Below are positions 30,638 to 41,719 of a DNA stretch of 64,000 nucleotides, one piece after another; position 1 is the first letter of the stretch; every line of letters starts with the position of its first letter. Made by a program: the position numbers and the translations under genes. Under the pieces are notes generated by a model that searched no databases, was not told the DNA's origin, and was given only the letters and a program-made list of their open reading frames with translations. Where the stretch lies: sequence record DRR378314_409, one strand, 5' to 3'.

Positions 30638-33383
30638 TGTGGTCATTACCGTCTCCTTTCTATATCTGGGGTTGTTGTTTGCGATCGCGCATTATGTAGA
30701 TAGTCGCAGCAGCGTGAAGAACTTTCTGTCCCGTAATCCCTACATTTATACTCTGTCGATTGCCGTTTTCTGTACATCCTGGACCTATTACGGCAGCGTG
30801 GGACGGGCGGCCACTTCCGGGCTGGATTTCCTTCCCATTTATTTGGGTCCAACGCTGGTTTTTGTGCTCTGGTCTTTTCTCTGGATCAAAATCATCCGGA
30901 TCTGTAAGCAAAACCGGATTACCTCGATCGCTGACTTTATTGCCTCTCGATATGGTAAACGCTCGGCACTGGGTGGGTTGGTGACGATCATCGCTGTTGT
31001 CGGAACCATGCCTTATATTTCCCTGCAACTGAAATCCATTGCGACCAGCTTTCGCATTCTGATTACCTATTCCGGTGGCCAAACCATTCCGGAAATCCCG
31101 ATCGAGCCAATTTTCTTTCTCGATACAACCTTGATCGTGGCTATTGCTCTTGCCCTTTTTGCAATCCTTTTCGGCACCCGTCATATCGATGCGAGCGAGC
31201 ATCATGAGGGACTGGTTGCCGCCATTGCGTTTGAATCTTTGGTGAAGTTGTTGGCGTTCCTGTGCGTGGGGGTGTTTGTCACATAGGGTATTTTTGATGG
31301 CTTTGCCGACATCTTTCAGCGGGCGTCCGTGGATACTGAATTGTCGTCGTTATTTACCATTTCAAATAACGTGGATTACAGTCGATGGATCACGATGACC
31401 ATTTTGTCCATGGCCGCGATTATCTGCTTGCCGCGGCAGTTTTATATAACCGCCGTGGAAAACCCCGACGAAGGGTATTTGCGAACTACAGCCTGGCTGT
31501 TTCCGGCGTATCTACTGGTTATCAATCTATTCGTATTGCCGATCGCTCTTGGGGGACGGCTGGCGTTTCTGGATGCACCTGTGGATGCGGATATGTTCGT
31601 TCTTACGGTTCCTCTTTATTATGACCATGGGTTTATTTCCCTTATTGCTTTTTTAGGTGGTTTGTCGGCGGCGACCTCCATGGTGATTGTGGCGTCAATT
31701 GCGTTGGCTACGATGGTTTGTAATGACCTTGTGATGCCTCTTTTGTTGCGGTGGGGCTGGTTCAAGGTGACAAAAAATGCGGAATTGACCGGGCTATTGC
31801 TGGCCATTCGGCGGGCAAGTATTCTGCTGATCCTGATCCTTGGATATGGCTATTACAGGTTCGCCAGCGAGTCTTATTCGCTCGTGACAATTGGTCTTGT
31901 CTCTTTTGCTGCCGCGGCACAATTCGCCCCCGTCATTATTGGCGGAATTTTTTGGCGAAACGGAACATTCAGTGGCGCGCTTGTTGGCCTCTCCCTTGGT
32001 TTCATGGCCTGGCTATACACGTTGTTGCTACCCTCACTGGCTCAGTCGGGTTGGCTGCCCATCAGCTTTATTGAGCAGGGGCTTTTTGGGATTACCTGGT
32101 TGAAGCCATACGCGCTTTTCGGTCTGGACGGGTTTGACCGTCTGACACATGCCATGATCTGGAGCATGCTTGTAAATATTGGCGCTTATTGGGTGATCTC
32201 TTTGTTGAGCCACCAAAGCGCCATTGAACGGATTCAATCCCGGCTGTTTGTTGATGTGTTTAAGCTGACGGAAAAAGGCGGGGATAGCAGCTATTGGCGC
32301 GGGACGGTAACCGTTGGAGAATTACAGGCATTGGTCGGCCGGTTTGTTGGTGTCAACCGGGTCGATGAAGCCTTCCGCCAGTTCGCTGAAGAGCGAATGC
32401 TGCATATTCGGAAAAGTCAGGTTGTGGATGCTGCCTTGCTCGAATATGCCGAAAGGCTTTTGGCTGGTTCCATCGGTTCAGCAACGGCTCGGGTGCTGAT
32501 CGGGTCCATTGTAAAAGGGGACATCGTAAGCCTGGATGAGGTTTATAAGATCCTGGATGAAACCAGTCAGGTAATTGAATATAGCCATCAATTAGAACAG
32601 AAATCAGCGGAACTAGAGGAAGCGACCCAACAACTGCAAATGGCCAATGCCCGACTGAAAGAGCTGGATGGTTTGAAGGATGACTTTTTGTCCATGGTGA
32701 GCCATGAGCTGCGCACACCGCTGACCAGCCTTCGCGCCTTTGGAGAAATCCTGTCAGATAACCCGCAGGTTTCTGCAAAAGAGAGAGCTCAGTTTCTGGG
32801 GATCATTATCACGGAAAGTGAACGACTAACGCGTCTGATCGACCAATTGTTGGATCTGGCCAAAATGGAAGCCGGGCGAATGGATTGGTCGCTGGAGAAT
32901 GTCGACCTGTCGGATACCATCGAAGCGGCGGTGTCCGCGCTGAACGGGTTGATCAAGGAAAAGGATATCCAGCTTCATCTTGAGGTGCAGTCGGATCTTC
33001 CAGATATTCGGGCGGATCGGGATCAACTGATCCAGGTGATTGTTAATCTGGTGTCCAACGCCATCAAATTCTGTGATCAGAATAACGGGGAAATTCGGTT
33101 GCAGGCGGGTTATGACGGTGGAGAAATCTGGGTCTCGGTTCGGGATAATGGGCTGGGTATTCCTGCCCCCTTGAAAGAGAAGATTTTTGAGCGCTTTCAT
33201 CAGACTTTTTCTGCGCTTGGCCATAAGCCGCAGGGATCTGGGTTGGGGCTGGCCATCTGCCGGCAGATCGTGACCTATCTGGGAGGGCGGATCTGGGCTG
33301 AAAACAGCAATCAGGGTGGGGCCGTTTTCACCTTCACTTTGCCGATAGAGGGGGCAGACGCCCTGCCAGCAACCGGTGACTAG
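30627..33383 (+). pseudogene. SLC5 (Na+/solute symporter)-STAC-HisKA-HATPase sensor kinase (CrbS/CbrA-like) interrupted by in-frame TAG at 31284-31286
   Basis: AAGGAG RBS and ATG 30627; YTLS.AV.CTSWTYYGSVG, IADFIASRYGK, AIAFESLVKL; the same frame continues after TAG (GIFDGFADIF); STAC-like ERLLAGSIGSATAR; SHELRTP; N, G1 and G2 boxes intact. Confidence 0.85.
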
Positions 33384-33389
33384 TTGTCT

Positions 33390-34160
33390 CTAAAAGCCAA
33401 TGGTTGAGCGGTAGATCATCGAGATGCCGATCAGCAGGATCATTGCCAGGACGACCTTTCGAAACAAGGCCTGATCCACTCTTTTCCGAAGCTGGGTTCC
33501 AACCCAGATGGCCAGCATGATCGGGATCATGCCCAGCAGTCCGTAAACCCCTTCCAATATACCCAAATGATCTGTGCGCTGCAGGCTGATGGCCAGCAAA
33601 GTACTGCCAGAGAACAGCAGAACGCTGACCGCTGAGACAAACCGGTCTTTTTCGATCCCGAGAGCGACCAGGAAAAAGATGGGCATGATGGCAAACAAGG
33701 ATGTCATGCCGCCGATAATTCCTGAAAAGACACCAATGACAGGGCCGACGATGGCTTGCTTGGTTTTGACGAAAGATAGGCTGATGCCCAGTAGCTCCAG
33801 CGAGGTGACAAAGATCAGGACCGCACCCAATATGATCGAGAGCGTGTTGGTATCCGCCGATGCCAGAAAATAAACCCCGATCGGTAGGGTGAGCAGAACC
33901 GAGAGATAAAGGCTCCAATGACGCTGGATGGATCCTTTGATATCTCCTGAAATCATCATTTGGTAAAAATTGCTGAGGACCAGTGGAACCGCGAGGATCG
34001 AGATGGCGGTCGGCAGGGGAAGGGCGAAGATCAGGATCGGAATTGAGACCGTCGGCAACCCAAAGGATGAGATCCCTTTGACCAATCCGCCAAGGCTAAA
34101 GGCCAGACAAATCAGCCCGAAATGGTATATGTTAAATTCAGTTATTATTTGATCGATCAT
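33390..34160 (-). CDS. TauE/SafE (sulfite exporter) family membrane protein
   Basis: GGLVKG.SSFG motif, about 8 TM, internal two-half pattern. Confidence 0.85.
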   Translation of the reverse strand: MIDQIITEFNIYHFGLICLAFSLGGLVKGISSFGLPTVSIPILIFALPLPTAISILAVPLVLSNFYQMMISGDIKGSIQRHWSLYLSVLLTLPIGVYFLASADTNTLSIILGAVLIFVTSLELLGISLSFVKTKQAIVGPVIGVFSGIIGGMTSLFAIMPIFFLVALGIEKDRFVSAVSVLLFSGSTLLAISLQRTDHLGILEGVYGLLGMIPIMLAIWVGTQLRKRVDQALFRKVVLAMILLIGISMIYRSTIGF

Positions 34161-34347
34161 ATGGTCAGCAACGCTTACGGCGGGTTCTGTTATTTTCCCG
34201 ACAGCCTACCCCAAGACCGGCGGGTCTGAACAGCTTATTTGTCAGAAGTTTTCACAAGGTGGGATGAGAGCATCTTACGTGAGCTGTAAATGATGGTATA
34301 ACAGAGATATAATATTTGATGGGGCCAGCAAAGAAAAGGAAGAAGAA

Positions 34348-35199
34348 ATGAAACTGTTGCGTTATGGGCCAGTTGGTGCGGAACAACCCGGTATATTGGA
34401 CGAAAATGGCGTAATTCGGAGCCTGCAGGGTGTGGTTGATGATATCGACGGATCTGTTCTGAGTTCAGAAAATTTGGCCAAATTGCAGGCGATTGATCTG
34501 GCAACCCTGCCTGAAGTGGGCGGCGATCCAAGGATCGGCCCTTGTGTTGGCAATGTGGGAAAATTTATCGGTATTGGCCTGAATTATTCCGATCATGCAG
34601 CGGAGACGGGAAATCCAATTCCCAAAGAGCCGATTGTCTTCATGAAAGCAACAACGTCAATTTGTGGTCCTGATGATGATGTGGAAATCCCCCGGGGTTC
34701 AGAAAAAACCGACTGGGAGGTTGAACTGGGCGTGGTCATTGGCAAGCGCGCCAAATATGTCACCAAGGAAAGTGCCCTGGACTATGTAGCCGGTTATTGC
34801 ACGGTTAATGATGTGTCCGAGCGGGCCTTTCAATCGGAACGCTCCGGCCAGTGGGTGAAAGGCAAAAGCCATGACACCTTTGGGCCGATCGGGCCATGGA
34901 TGGTCACCAAAGATGAGGTTGGTGACACTAGCAACCTTCCCATGTGGCTGGAAGTGGATGGTCATCGCTACCAAAACGGGACAACGGCGACCATGATTTT
35001 TGATGTGCCTACAATTATCGCCCATCTGTCAGAGTTTATGACGCTGGAGCCGGGTGATGTTGTTACGACCGGAACGCCGCCAGGCGTTGGCATGGGGATC
35101 AAGCCAGCACCAATTTTCCTGAAAGCCGGGCAGACCATGACGCTGGAAGTCGAGGGACTTGGACGGCAGACCCAGAAAACGGTACCGGCTAAACCTTAA
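34348..35199 (+). CDS. Fumarylacetoacetate hydrolase family protein
   Basis: GIGLNY.DH, DWEVEL, NDVSER, KGK..DTF.P.GP, TGTPPGVG. Confidence 0.92.
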   Translation: MKLLRYGPVGAEQPGILDENGVIRSLQGVVDDIDGSVLSSENLAKLQAIDLATLPEVGGDPRIGPCVGNVGKFIGIGLNYSDHAAETGNPIPKEPIVFMKATTSICGPDDDVEIPRGSEKTDWEVELGVVIGKRAKYVTKESALDYVAGYCTVNDVSERAFQSERSGQWVKGKSHDTFGPIGPWMVTKDEVGDTSNLPMWLEVDGHRYQNGTTATMIFDVPTIIAHLSEFMTLEPGDVVTTGTPPGVGMGIKPAPIFLKAGQTMTLEVEGLGRQTQKTVPAKP

Positions 35200-35234
35200 C
35201 CACAGAATAAAAACAAGATCAGGGGGATTACCAG

Positions 35235-36452
35235 ATGGAATTGACAAACACACCGGAGAAACTTGGTTTTTCAAGCGCGCGGCTTGAAAATATCACAAAC
35301 TGGATGCAGCGTTATGTGGATGCAGGCAAGCTTCCGGGGGCTCAGACGCTGGTCGCCAGGGGCGGTGAAATTGTCTATTCCAACTGGACCGGTTTTGCTG
35401 ATGTGGAAAAGAACAAGCCATGGCAAAGCGATACCATCGCCCGCTTTTATTCCATGAGCAAGCCGATCACGTCCTTTGCGTTAATGACCCTTTATGAGCA
35501 AGGGCTTTTTCATCTGGATGATCCGGTTGAAGATTTTATCCCGGCCTTTAAGGATATGCGGGTACTTCGCAAAAACGCGCAGTCTGTGGAGGATACCGAG
35601 CCCTGCCAGACAAAACCGACTATTCATCACCTGCTGACCCATTGTTCTGGCCTGACTTATGATTTCAATTTAGGAGTCCTGGAAAGCCTTTACGCCAAAG
35701 ATCGGATCAATTTTGGCCCCAAGGCAAAAGGCCTGGAAGCCGAAGTGGATCGCCTTGCGCAACTGCCACTCAAATTTGAGCCGGGCTCCAGGTGGAATTA
35801 TGGGGTTTCCACGGATGTGGTTGGCCGTTTGGTTGAGGTGATTTCCGGCAAGCCGCTGGATGAGTATCTGCAATCTGTCTTTTTTGATCCGCTGGGGATG
35901 TCAGATACAGCCTTTTCCATCGCGGCGAATAAGCAGGGACGACTTGCCAATAGCTACACGCCCGATGAAAAGGGCCAGATGAAGTTGGTAGATGTGGCAG
36001 AGAAAACTGTTTACATGTCGGAAAAGGTAACCTGTTTATCGGGTGGCGGCGGGCTTTTGTCTACCGTTGGGGATTATCTGAAATTTGCCGAGATGATCCG
36101 CCGGCGGGGCCAGGTGGGCCGTGAGCAATTGATCGGTAGCCGGACCGTAGATTTTATCACCAGTAATCATATGCCAGGGGATTTGGCATCCATGGGTCAG
36201 GCCGTCTTTTCGGAGGTGTCTTTTGCAGGGGTGGGCTTTGGGCTTGGCGGTTGGGTGATGTTGGAGCCGGCCAAGGCACAAATGATGGGCTCACCCGGTG
36301 ATTTTGGCTGGGGCGGTATGGCCAGTACAGTTTTCTGGGTAGATCCGATTGAAGATCTGGTCGTGCTGTTTGCAACTCAGCTTCTGCCGTCCAGTTATTA
36401 TCCTCTTCGAAAAGAGCTTCGGGCGTTAGTCTATCAGGCGATGATTGACTGA
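35235..36452 (+). CDS. Serine hydrolase (beta-lactamase fold / family VIII esterase-like)
   Basis: SMSK (SxxK), LLTH.SG, PG.RWNY, SGGGGL.ST, FGWGG; no signal peptide. Confidence 0.9.
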   Translation: MELTNTPEKLGFSSARLENITNWMQRYVDAGKLPGAQTLVARGGEIVYSNWTGFADVEKNKPWQSDTIARFYSMSKPITSFALMTLYEQGLFHLDDPVEDFIPAFKDMRVLRKNAQSVEDTEPCQTKPTIHHLLTHCSGLTYDFNLGVLESLYAKDRINFGPKAKGLEAEVDRLAQLPLKFEPGSRWNYGVSTDVVGRLVEVISGKPLDEYLQSVFFDPLGMSDTAFSIAANKQGRLANSYTPDEKGQMKLVDVAEKTVYMSEKVTCLSGGGGLLSTVGDYLKFAEMIRRRGQVGREQLIGSRTVDFITSNHMPGDLASMGQAVFSEVSFAGVGFGLGGWVMLEPAKAQMMGSPGDFGWGGMASTVFWVDPIEDLVVLFATQLLPSSYYPLRKELRALVYQAMID

Positions 36453-36472
36453 GCGGCGGGACCGGCCAACAG

Positions 36473-39400
36473 CTAGTTGGTGAAGGAGAGATAGCTGGGC
36501 AGGATAATCCGGGCGCGCGTCCCTTCGTTCAGAACACTTTGTAGCGTGACAGTCCCGTTGGATTGATGGGCAAACCCATAGACCATGCTGAGGCCCAGGC
36601 CGGTTCCTTTGCCCACATCTTTTGTGGTGAAAAACGGCTCAAAAACGCGCTCAAGAGTTTGTTGGTTCATCCCATTCCCGGTATCGACAACCTCCAACCA
36701 GCTATATGCACCGGGTTTCAGTTCCGCGTAGTCATTGTTGATCATACTCTCTGTTAGCGTCATGCTGCCTGTTCGGATTTCCAATTTCCCACCGTCCGGC
36801 ATAGCGTCACGGGAATTGATGCACAGGTTCATCAAGGCATTTTCCAACTGACTGGGATCTGCCAGCACATGCGGAATATCCACTGAGAAGTCGGTGCTGA
36901 TCCTGATGGTCTCTCCAAGCAATCGGTCGATCAATGTCAGGATATCTTTGACCAGCAAGTTTAAATTGATTTGCGTTGGACGAAGCTCCTGTTTTCGGGA
37001 GTAAGCGAGCAGACGCTCTGTCAATTGTGCACCCTTGACCGCCGAATTCTCGATCGTTTGCAGGTGACCTCGTAAATGCTCATCCTGTTGGAGCTTTTCA
37101 CCAGCAAGCTCCACATTTCCAAGGATGACCGCCAAGATGTTGTTAAAATCGTGGGCGATGCCCCCCGTTAGCTGGCCAATCGCTTCCATTTTTTGTGATT
37201 GCTGCAGCTTTTCTTCCATTTCCCGGGACTGTTCTTCTGCCAGTTTCTCGTATGTGATGTCCCGACCGGCCCCACGGTAGCCTTTGAATTTATTATTGTG
37301 ATCATAAATGGGAATACCGCTGATGGATGCATGAAAGGTTTTTCCGTCTTCGCGAGAAATTGAATATCGAAAATCCCGAAACGGAAGATGTTTGCGCAGC
37401 ATATTTTTATGGTCTTCCAAGTCACCTTCGATACCAATTTTATCGACGACACTTAGCCTTTGTTGACCCAGTATGTCTTCCCGCTTCAGACCAGTAATTT
37501 CAGTGAAACGATCAGACAGATGATTGAAGTTTAAATTTTCATCTGTTCCCCAAAACCAGTCGGAGGCGGATGTGGCGAAGGCCTCAAACTGTTCTTCACT
37601 TTTTCGAAGGGCCGTTTCAACTTTGAGACGTTCCTCAATCTCCGCCTGAAGTTCTTCCGTTCGTTCCTGCACCCTTTTTTCGAGCAACTCGTGGGATTCC
37701 TTAAGAACGGACTCTGCTTCCTTGATTTGGGATATATCGTTTAGCCAGAAGACAATTTTCCGTTCGTTATCGATGAAAATACTGGTCCAACTGATGAGGA
37801 CCCATATGGGCTCACCCGTGAATCGCTGAATAAGCATCTCACGTGGTTTTACCTGACCGGTTGCCGTGAATTCTTTAACGAATAATTTCCGGTCTTCCTC
37901 ATTTTTCCAGAATTGGAAAGTGGTGTTTTGGAACAGTTCGTCTTCTGAAATATTTAACAGTCGACAGAGGCTGTCGTTTACAAGTGAGATCTCGCCAGAT
38001 ACCAAATCTGAAATTCCAAGAGCAACAGGGCTGGCTGCTAGCATCTCCCGTAAAGCCTCTTCATTATCTGCCACTTTTTGAAGAATTCTTTTCTCTTCGG
38101 TTAGATCAACGACCCAGAACACAGAATAATCTTTGCCAGACCGTTGCAGATATTTACCGTATAGTTTTGCTGGAAAACTCTCGCCGTTCATTCGAAGAAG
38201 TTCAATTTCAGAAAATTCAAATTTTCCGTGTTTTCGGATATTGGAGATAAAGGCGTTTCTGTCTTCGGGATCTTTCCATCTTTCGATCGCTTTCTGGCCG
38301 ATAAGGGATGTTTCTCCAGGCGCAAAAAGGTCAACCAGGCTCTGATTTTCCATGGTGATGATGCTGGTTTCTAATTCGGCAACGCCCACGCCAATGGGAC
38401 TGATGGACAAAATTTCATGAATATTTTTTTCCGCTTGCTCCCGGATCTCAACTTCTTCTGACAGCTCCTGAGTGCGTTGGCGAACCTGTTCTTCCAGGTT
38501 GTCGGCGGCCAACTGCAGTTGATCCTCAGCATTTTTCAAATCTGTGATATCGGTGGCAATGCCGGCAACACCAATCAGGTCATCGTTCGGGTCAAATAAC
38601 GGGAATTTAACTGTCAGGTAATGAATTTCGGACCCGTTGTTGGCAAGTGTTGTTCGTTCTGTAATCGGCTGGAGGGTCTCCATAATCTGTTTGTCATTCT
38701 CTACGAACTTAGTCGCGATTTCAGGAGGGAGGATTTCAAAATCGGTCTTTCCGGTAATAGCTGTGGGATTTGGGGATATTCTGTCAGAAAGCTCTTCACT
38801 GGCCAGTTGGTAAACGCCTTCCAGATCTTTGACGAAGATATGGGCGGGGCTGTAATTGATAACTGCCGTTAGCAGGTTTTGGGTTTCCCCCAGTTTTCGT
38901 TCTGTGTTTTTCCGCTCGGTTATATCCAGGGCAATACCGATCAATCCCAGTGGATTATTCTGGCGATCATGAATAACTGATTTGTGGAACATGACATCGC
39001 GGACCTCAGCATCGGCCCGTTGAGTCTGAGTTTCGTATATTTGCCGCCCCCCTTGGGCGAATATTTCTTCATCAGCTTGTCGGAAAACCTGCGCCATTGC
39101 TTTGGGCACAACTTCGAAAACATTCTTCCCAATAACATTCTCTCGTTTGAACCCATGGAATTGGAGAAATTCTTCGTTGCAAGCCGTATAAATGTGATCG
39201 GTATTTTTGCAAAAAACAGGTGCTGGAATTGTTTCCAGTAGCGAATTTACCAGCTCGGAAGAGCCAATTTTAGCGAATATATTCTCCGTTGTGTCACTCC
39301 TTATTTCAATTTTCAAAATGAAATACGCTTGAAATGCAGTCAGGGAAATTCCGTCAATTTCCGTAACATGATCGTTGATCACCAGTTCAGTTTGCTGGAG

Positions 39401-39658
39401 CTCAAGGGGAGTGACAAAATTATTTTGAGAAATGTAGTCCGCAATTTCCCCGGTTGGGATTTCGGCCAAAAAATCCGGTAATTTACATCCGTGCAGAGGA
39501 TTGGTTTCGGTGATCGCTAGATTTTTGAAAGACTCATTTATCTGAAGCACTTGCAATTGTGCGGAAATCAAACAGGCAGGCTCCGAAATCAGGTTTAACA
39601 GGTTGGTAATTTGCTGCTCGTCCACGTCCGGTCGAGCTTTGCCTGAGGTCTGTTGCAT
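36473..39658 (-). CDS. Cytoplasmic multi-PAS histidine kinase, no receiver
   Basis: About 6 PAS/PAC segments (DITE-type ends), coiled coils [36 protein letters not shown]. Confidence 0.92.
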   Translation of the reverse strand: MQQTSGKARPDVDEQQITNLLNLISEPACLISAQLQVLQINESFKNLAITETNPLHGCKLPDFLAEIPTGEIADYISQNNFVTPLELQQTELVINDHVTEIDGISLTAFQAYFILKIEIRSDTTENIFAKIGSSELVNSLLETIPAPVFCKNTDHIYTACNEEFLQFHGFKRENVIGKNVFEVVPKAMAQVFRQADEEIFAQGGRQIYETQTQRADAEVRDVMFHKSVIHDRQNNPLGLIGIALDITERKNTERKLGETQNLLTAVINYSPAHIFVKDLEGVYQLASEELSDRISPNPTAITGKTDFEILPPEIATKFVENDKQIMETLQPITERTTLANNGSEIHYLTVKFPLFDPNDDLIGVAGIATDITDLKNAEDQLQLAADNLEEQVRQRTQELSEEVEIREQAEKNIHEILSISPIGVGVAELETSIITMENQSLVDLFAPGETSLIGQKAIERWKDPEDRNAFISNIRKHGKFEFSEIELLRMNGESFPAKLYGKYLQRSGKDYSVFWVVDLTEEKRILQKVADNEEALREMLAASPVALGISDLVSGEISLVNDSLCRLLNISEDELFQNTTFQFWKNEEDRKLFVKEFTATGQVKPREMLIQRFTGEPIWVLISWTSIFIDNERKIVFWLNDISQIKEAESVLKESHELLEKRVQERTEELQAEIEERLKVETALRKSEEQFEAFATSASDWFWGTDENLNFNHLSDRFTEITGLKREDILGQQRLSVVDKIGIEGDLEDHKNMLRKHLPFRDFRYSISREDGKTFHASISGIPIYDHNNKFKGYRGAGRDITYEKLAEEQSREMEEKLQQSQKMEAIGQLTGGIAHDFNNILAVILGNVELAGEKLQQDEHLRGHLQTIENSAVKGAQLTERLLAYSRKQELRPTQINLNLLVKDILTLIDRLLGETIRISTDFSVDIPHVLADPSQLENALMNLCINSRDAMPDGGKLEIRTGSMTLTESMINNDYAELKPGAYSWLEVVDTGNGMNQQTLERVFEPFFTTKDVGKGTGLGLSMVYGFAHQSNGTVTLQSVLNEGTRARIILPSYLSFTN

Positions 39659-41599
39659 TTAAATTCTGCTCTCAGATATTTCAACGGTTTCAGAGGCGTT
39701 CGCCTGTGGTTCAGTTAGCGCAGGACGCGCGGTATGTTCTAAACTGCTGGGTAAGTATAGTCTAATGTTAGTGCCTTCTCCAACCCGACTCTCGATTTTA
39801 ATGTTACCGTTCGACTGCGCGACAAACCCATAAACCATGGCCAGTCCCATTCCACTTCCTTTTCCGACCTCTTTTGTCGTGAAAAAAGGCTCCATTGCTT
39901 TTTCGATTGTGTCGGTATCCATTCCACAGCCGGTGTCTGAAACAGTAATCTCTGTATAGGTTCCCGGGGACATAAATCCGGTAGGACCCTCAATCGTTTT
40001 GGATAGAACGAAGTTCTGTGTCCTAATTTTAAGAACGCCCCCATTTGTCATTGAATCCCGCGCATTAATCGCCAGGTTCAGCAGCGCGTTTTCAAACTGG
40101 GCGAAGTCCACATAACTTTCCACCAGATTTTCATCAAGGCAGGTCTCGATCTCAATTGTTTCCCCAAGTGTGCGCCTTAGCAGCACTACCATTTCAGTGA
40201 TCAATTGGTTGCAATTGATAGAGGTTGGATTAAGCGATTGTTTGCGAGAGAAGGCGAGTAGCTGCTGCGTAAGAGTTGCCCCTTTTTCACTTGAGATCAG
40301 CGCGGCATCAAGCATTTTGATATAGGTTGGATTTTCTTCCAAATGTTCGCGCAGAATTTCCAAGTTGCCCATGATAACAGCTAACAGGTTGTTAAAGTCG
40401 TGGGCAATACCGCCAGTGAGTTGGCCGACAGCTTCCATTTTCTGCGCTTGCCTTAGGCGCTCTTGTGTGTCGGCAATTTCCTGATCTTTTAGATAAGACA
40501 GGGTCACATCTGCTGCGGTTCCCAGATACCCAAGAAACACACCGTTCTGATCTTTGCGAGCCGTTCCGTCAAAGGAGAGGATCAGCAGGATCCCGTCAAT
40601 TTCAAACTTTAGCCGAATATTCCGAAAATCCGCCTGCTCTTGTGCTACACACAGGTCGTGATTTTCATTAAGTTCCATAGACTGTTGTTCGATCAGTTCA
40701 CAAAGGTTTGCACCGTTCAGATTGATCAGGGAATTAAGCTTAGTGGATTTAGGGTCATGATAAGATAGGGACATTCGGCAATTTGCATCGGTCTGCCAGA
40801 AGATGTCGGAGCTGGTTTGGGCAAATGACTGGAACAGGTTTAACTGATCTGCTTTTGCGGTCTCTGCCTGGCGGAGTTGATCAATGGTGTTGCCAAGGCC
40901 GGTTAATGTCGTGTTGAAACCATCTACCAGGATGCCCAGCTCGTTCGTTTCATGTCCTTTAGGTTTTTTCAGCAATCCCGTATTGGGTTCCATTGGATTG
41001 ATCTGGCGGATTTTTTGCGCCAACAAAGAGATGGGACGTGTGAGGGTTGTGTAGAAAATTAGAACCAGGACTAATGCCAGGGTCAGATTGCGGGCAAGTC
41101 CCGCTGTAATCACCACATAGGCTCTCTCCAGAAAGTTGGAGAGTTGGTAGTTGGCATTGATGCGAAGTTGTAGGATGCCAATGGGGGGTACATCTTCTGT
41201 CAGGGTTAGGGGAAGCTGATATCGTTTGTCATCCTTGAACAGAAGTCGGGCCAGCCAGGAAATATCTTCGTCTTTGATGTTCCGATGTTTTTCTGCAAGA
41301 AGTTCTTTGTCGCCATCGCTGAAGGTCGCATACAGATAGCCGTCACGAACCTGCGGATTTTGAAAAATACCGTTCAGGACTTTCATGCCCAGATCACTGC
41401 TAAGATTGTAGCTAGCCGTGACGGCAGGATCTTTCATACTGTTCAAGATATGAGAGACAGTTTTGTCGGTTCCTTCACGCTCCTCCAGAAGTTCATATCC
41501 AAGTTGAGCGAGGCTAAAAAATGTGCCAACCAGAACGGTCGCAATAAGAGCGTTTTTTGCCTGCCGCAAGGCGATGCTGCTCTGAACCCAATTCCGCAT
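39659..41599 (-). CDS. Membrane HAMP-PAS histidine kinase, no receiver
   Basis: Two TM helices around a periplasmic domain, HAMP (LTRPI..L...NELG.L...FN), PAS, HDFNN H-box, HATPase. Confidence 0.92.
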   Translation of the reverse strand: MRNWVQSSIALRQAKNALIATVLVGTFFSLAQLGYELLEEREGTDKTVSHILNSMKDPAVTASYNLSSDLGMKVLNGIFQNPQVRDGYLYATFSDGDKELLAEKHRNIKDEDISWLARLLFKDDKRYQLPLTLTEDVPPIGILQLRINANYQLSNFLERAYVVITAGLARNLTLALVLVLIFYTTLTRPISLLAQKIRQINPMEPNTGLLKKPKGHETNELGILVDGFNTTLTGLGNTIDQLRQAETAKADQLNLFQSFAQTSSDIFWQTDANCRMSLSYHDPKSTKLNSLINLNGANLCELIEQQSMELNENHDLCVAQEQADFRNIRLKFEIDGILLILSFDGTARKDQNGVFLGYLGTAADVTLSYLKDQEIADTQERLRQAQKMEAVGQLTGGIAHDFNNLLAVIMGNLEILREHLEENPTYIKMLDAALISSEKGATLTQQLLAFSRKQSLNPTSINCNQLITEMVVLLRRTLGETIEIETCLDENLVESYVDFAQFENALLNLAINARDSMTNGGVLKIRTQNFVLSKTIEGPTGFMSPGTYTEITVSDTGCGMDTDTIEKAMEPFFTTKEVGKGSGMGLAMVYGFVAQSNGNIKIESRVGEGTNIRLYLPSSLEHTARPALTEPQANASETVEISESRI

Positions 41600-41719
41600 A
41601 AGATCACTAAACTTTTACATAGTTGTCCAGGGAACCTTTTCCCAAGCGGATTATTGGCGGAATTCCTTTAATATATCTTAAGTTCAAAATATTGGGCCGT
41701 TATGTGTGAAGGTCTTTGG

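Noticed and set aside
31284-31286. Genome-wide TAG reassignment or pyrrolysine
   Set aside because: TAG ends ordinary full-length genes here (2442-44, 8456-58, 29747-49); no pyl genes are in the window; the site is a membrane helix end rather than a catalytic position.
35235-36452. Beta-lactam resistance gene
   Set aside because: No signal peptide; motifs fit cytoplasmic family VIII esterase-like hydrolases.
39656-39661. Readthrough fusion of the two tandem kinases
   Set aside because: Each ORF is a complete kinase, TAA is a strong stop and a GAGAG SD precedes the second ATG; translational coupling explains it.
36473-41700. Genomic island suggested by lower GC
   Set aside because: No integrase, transposase, tRNA or flanking direct repeats seen.
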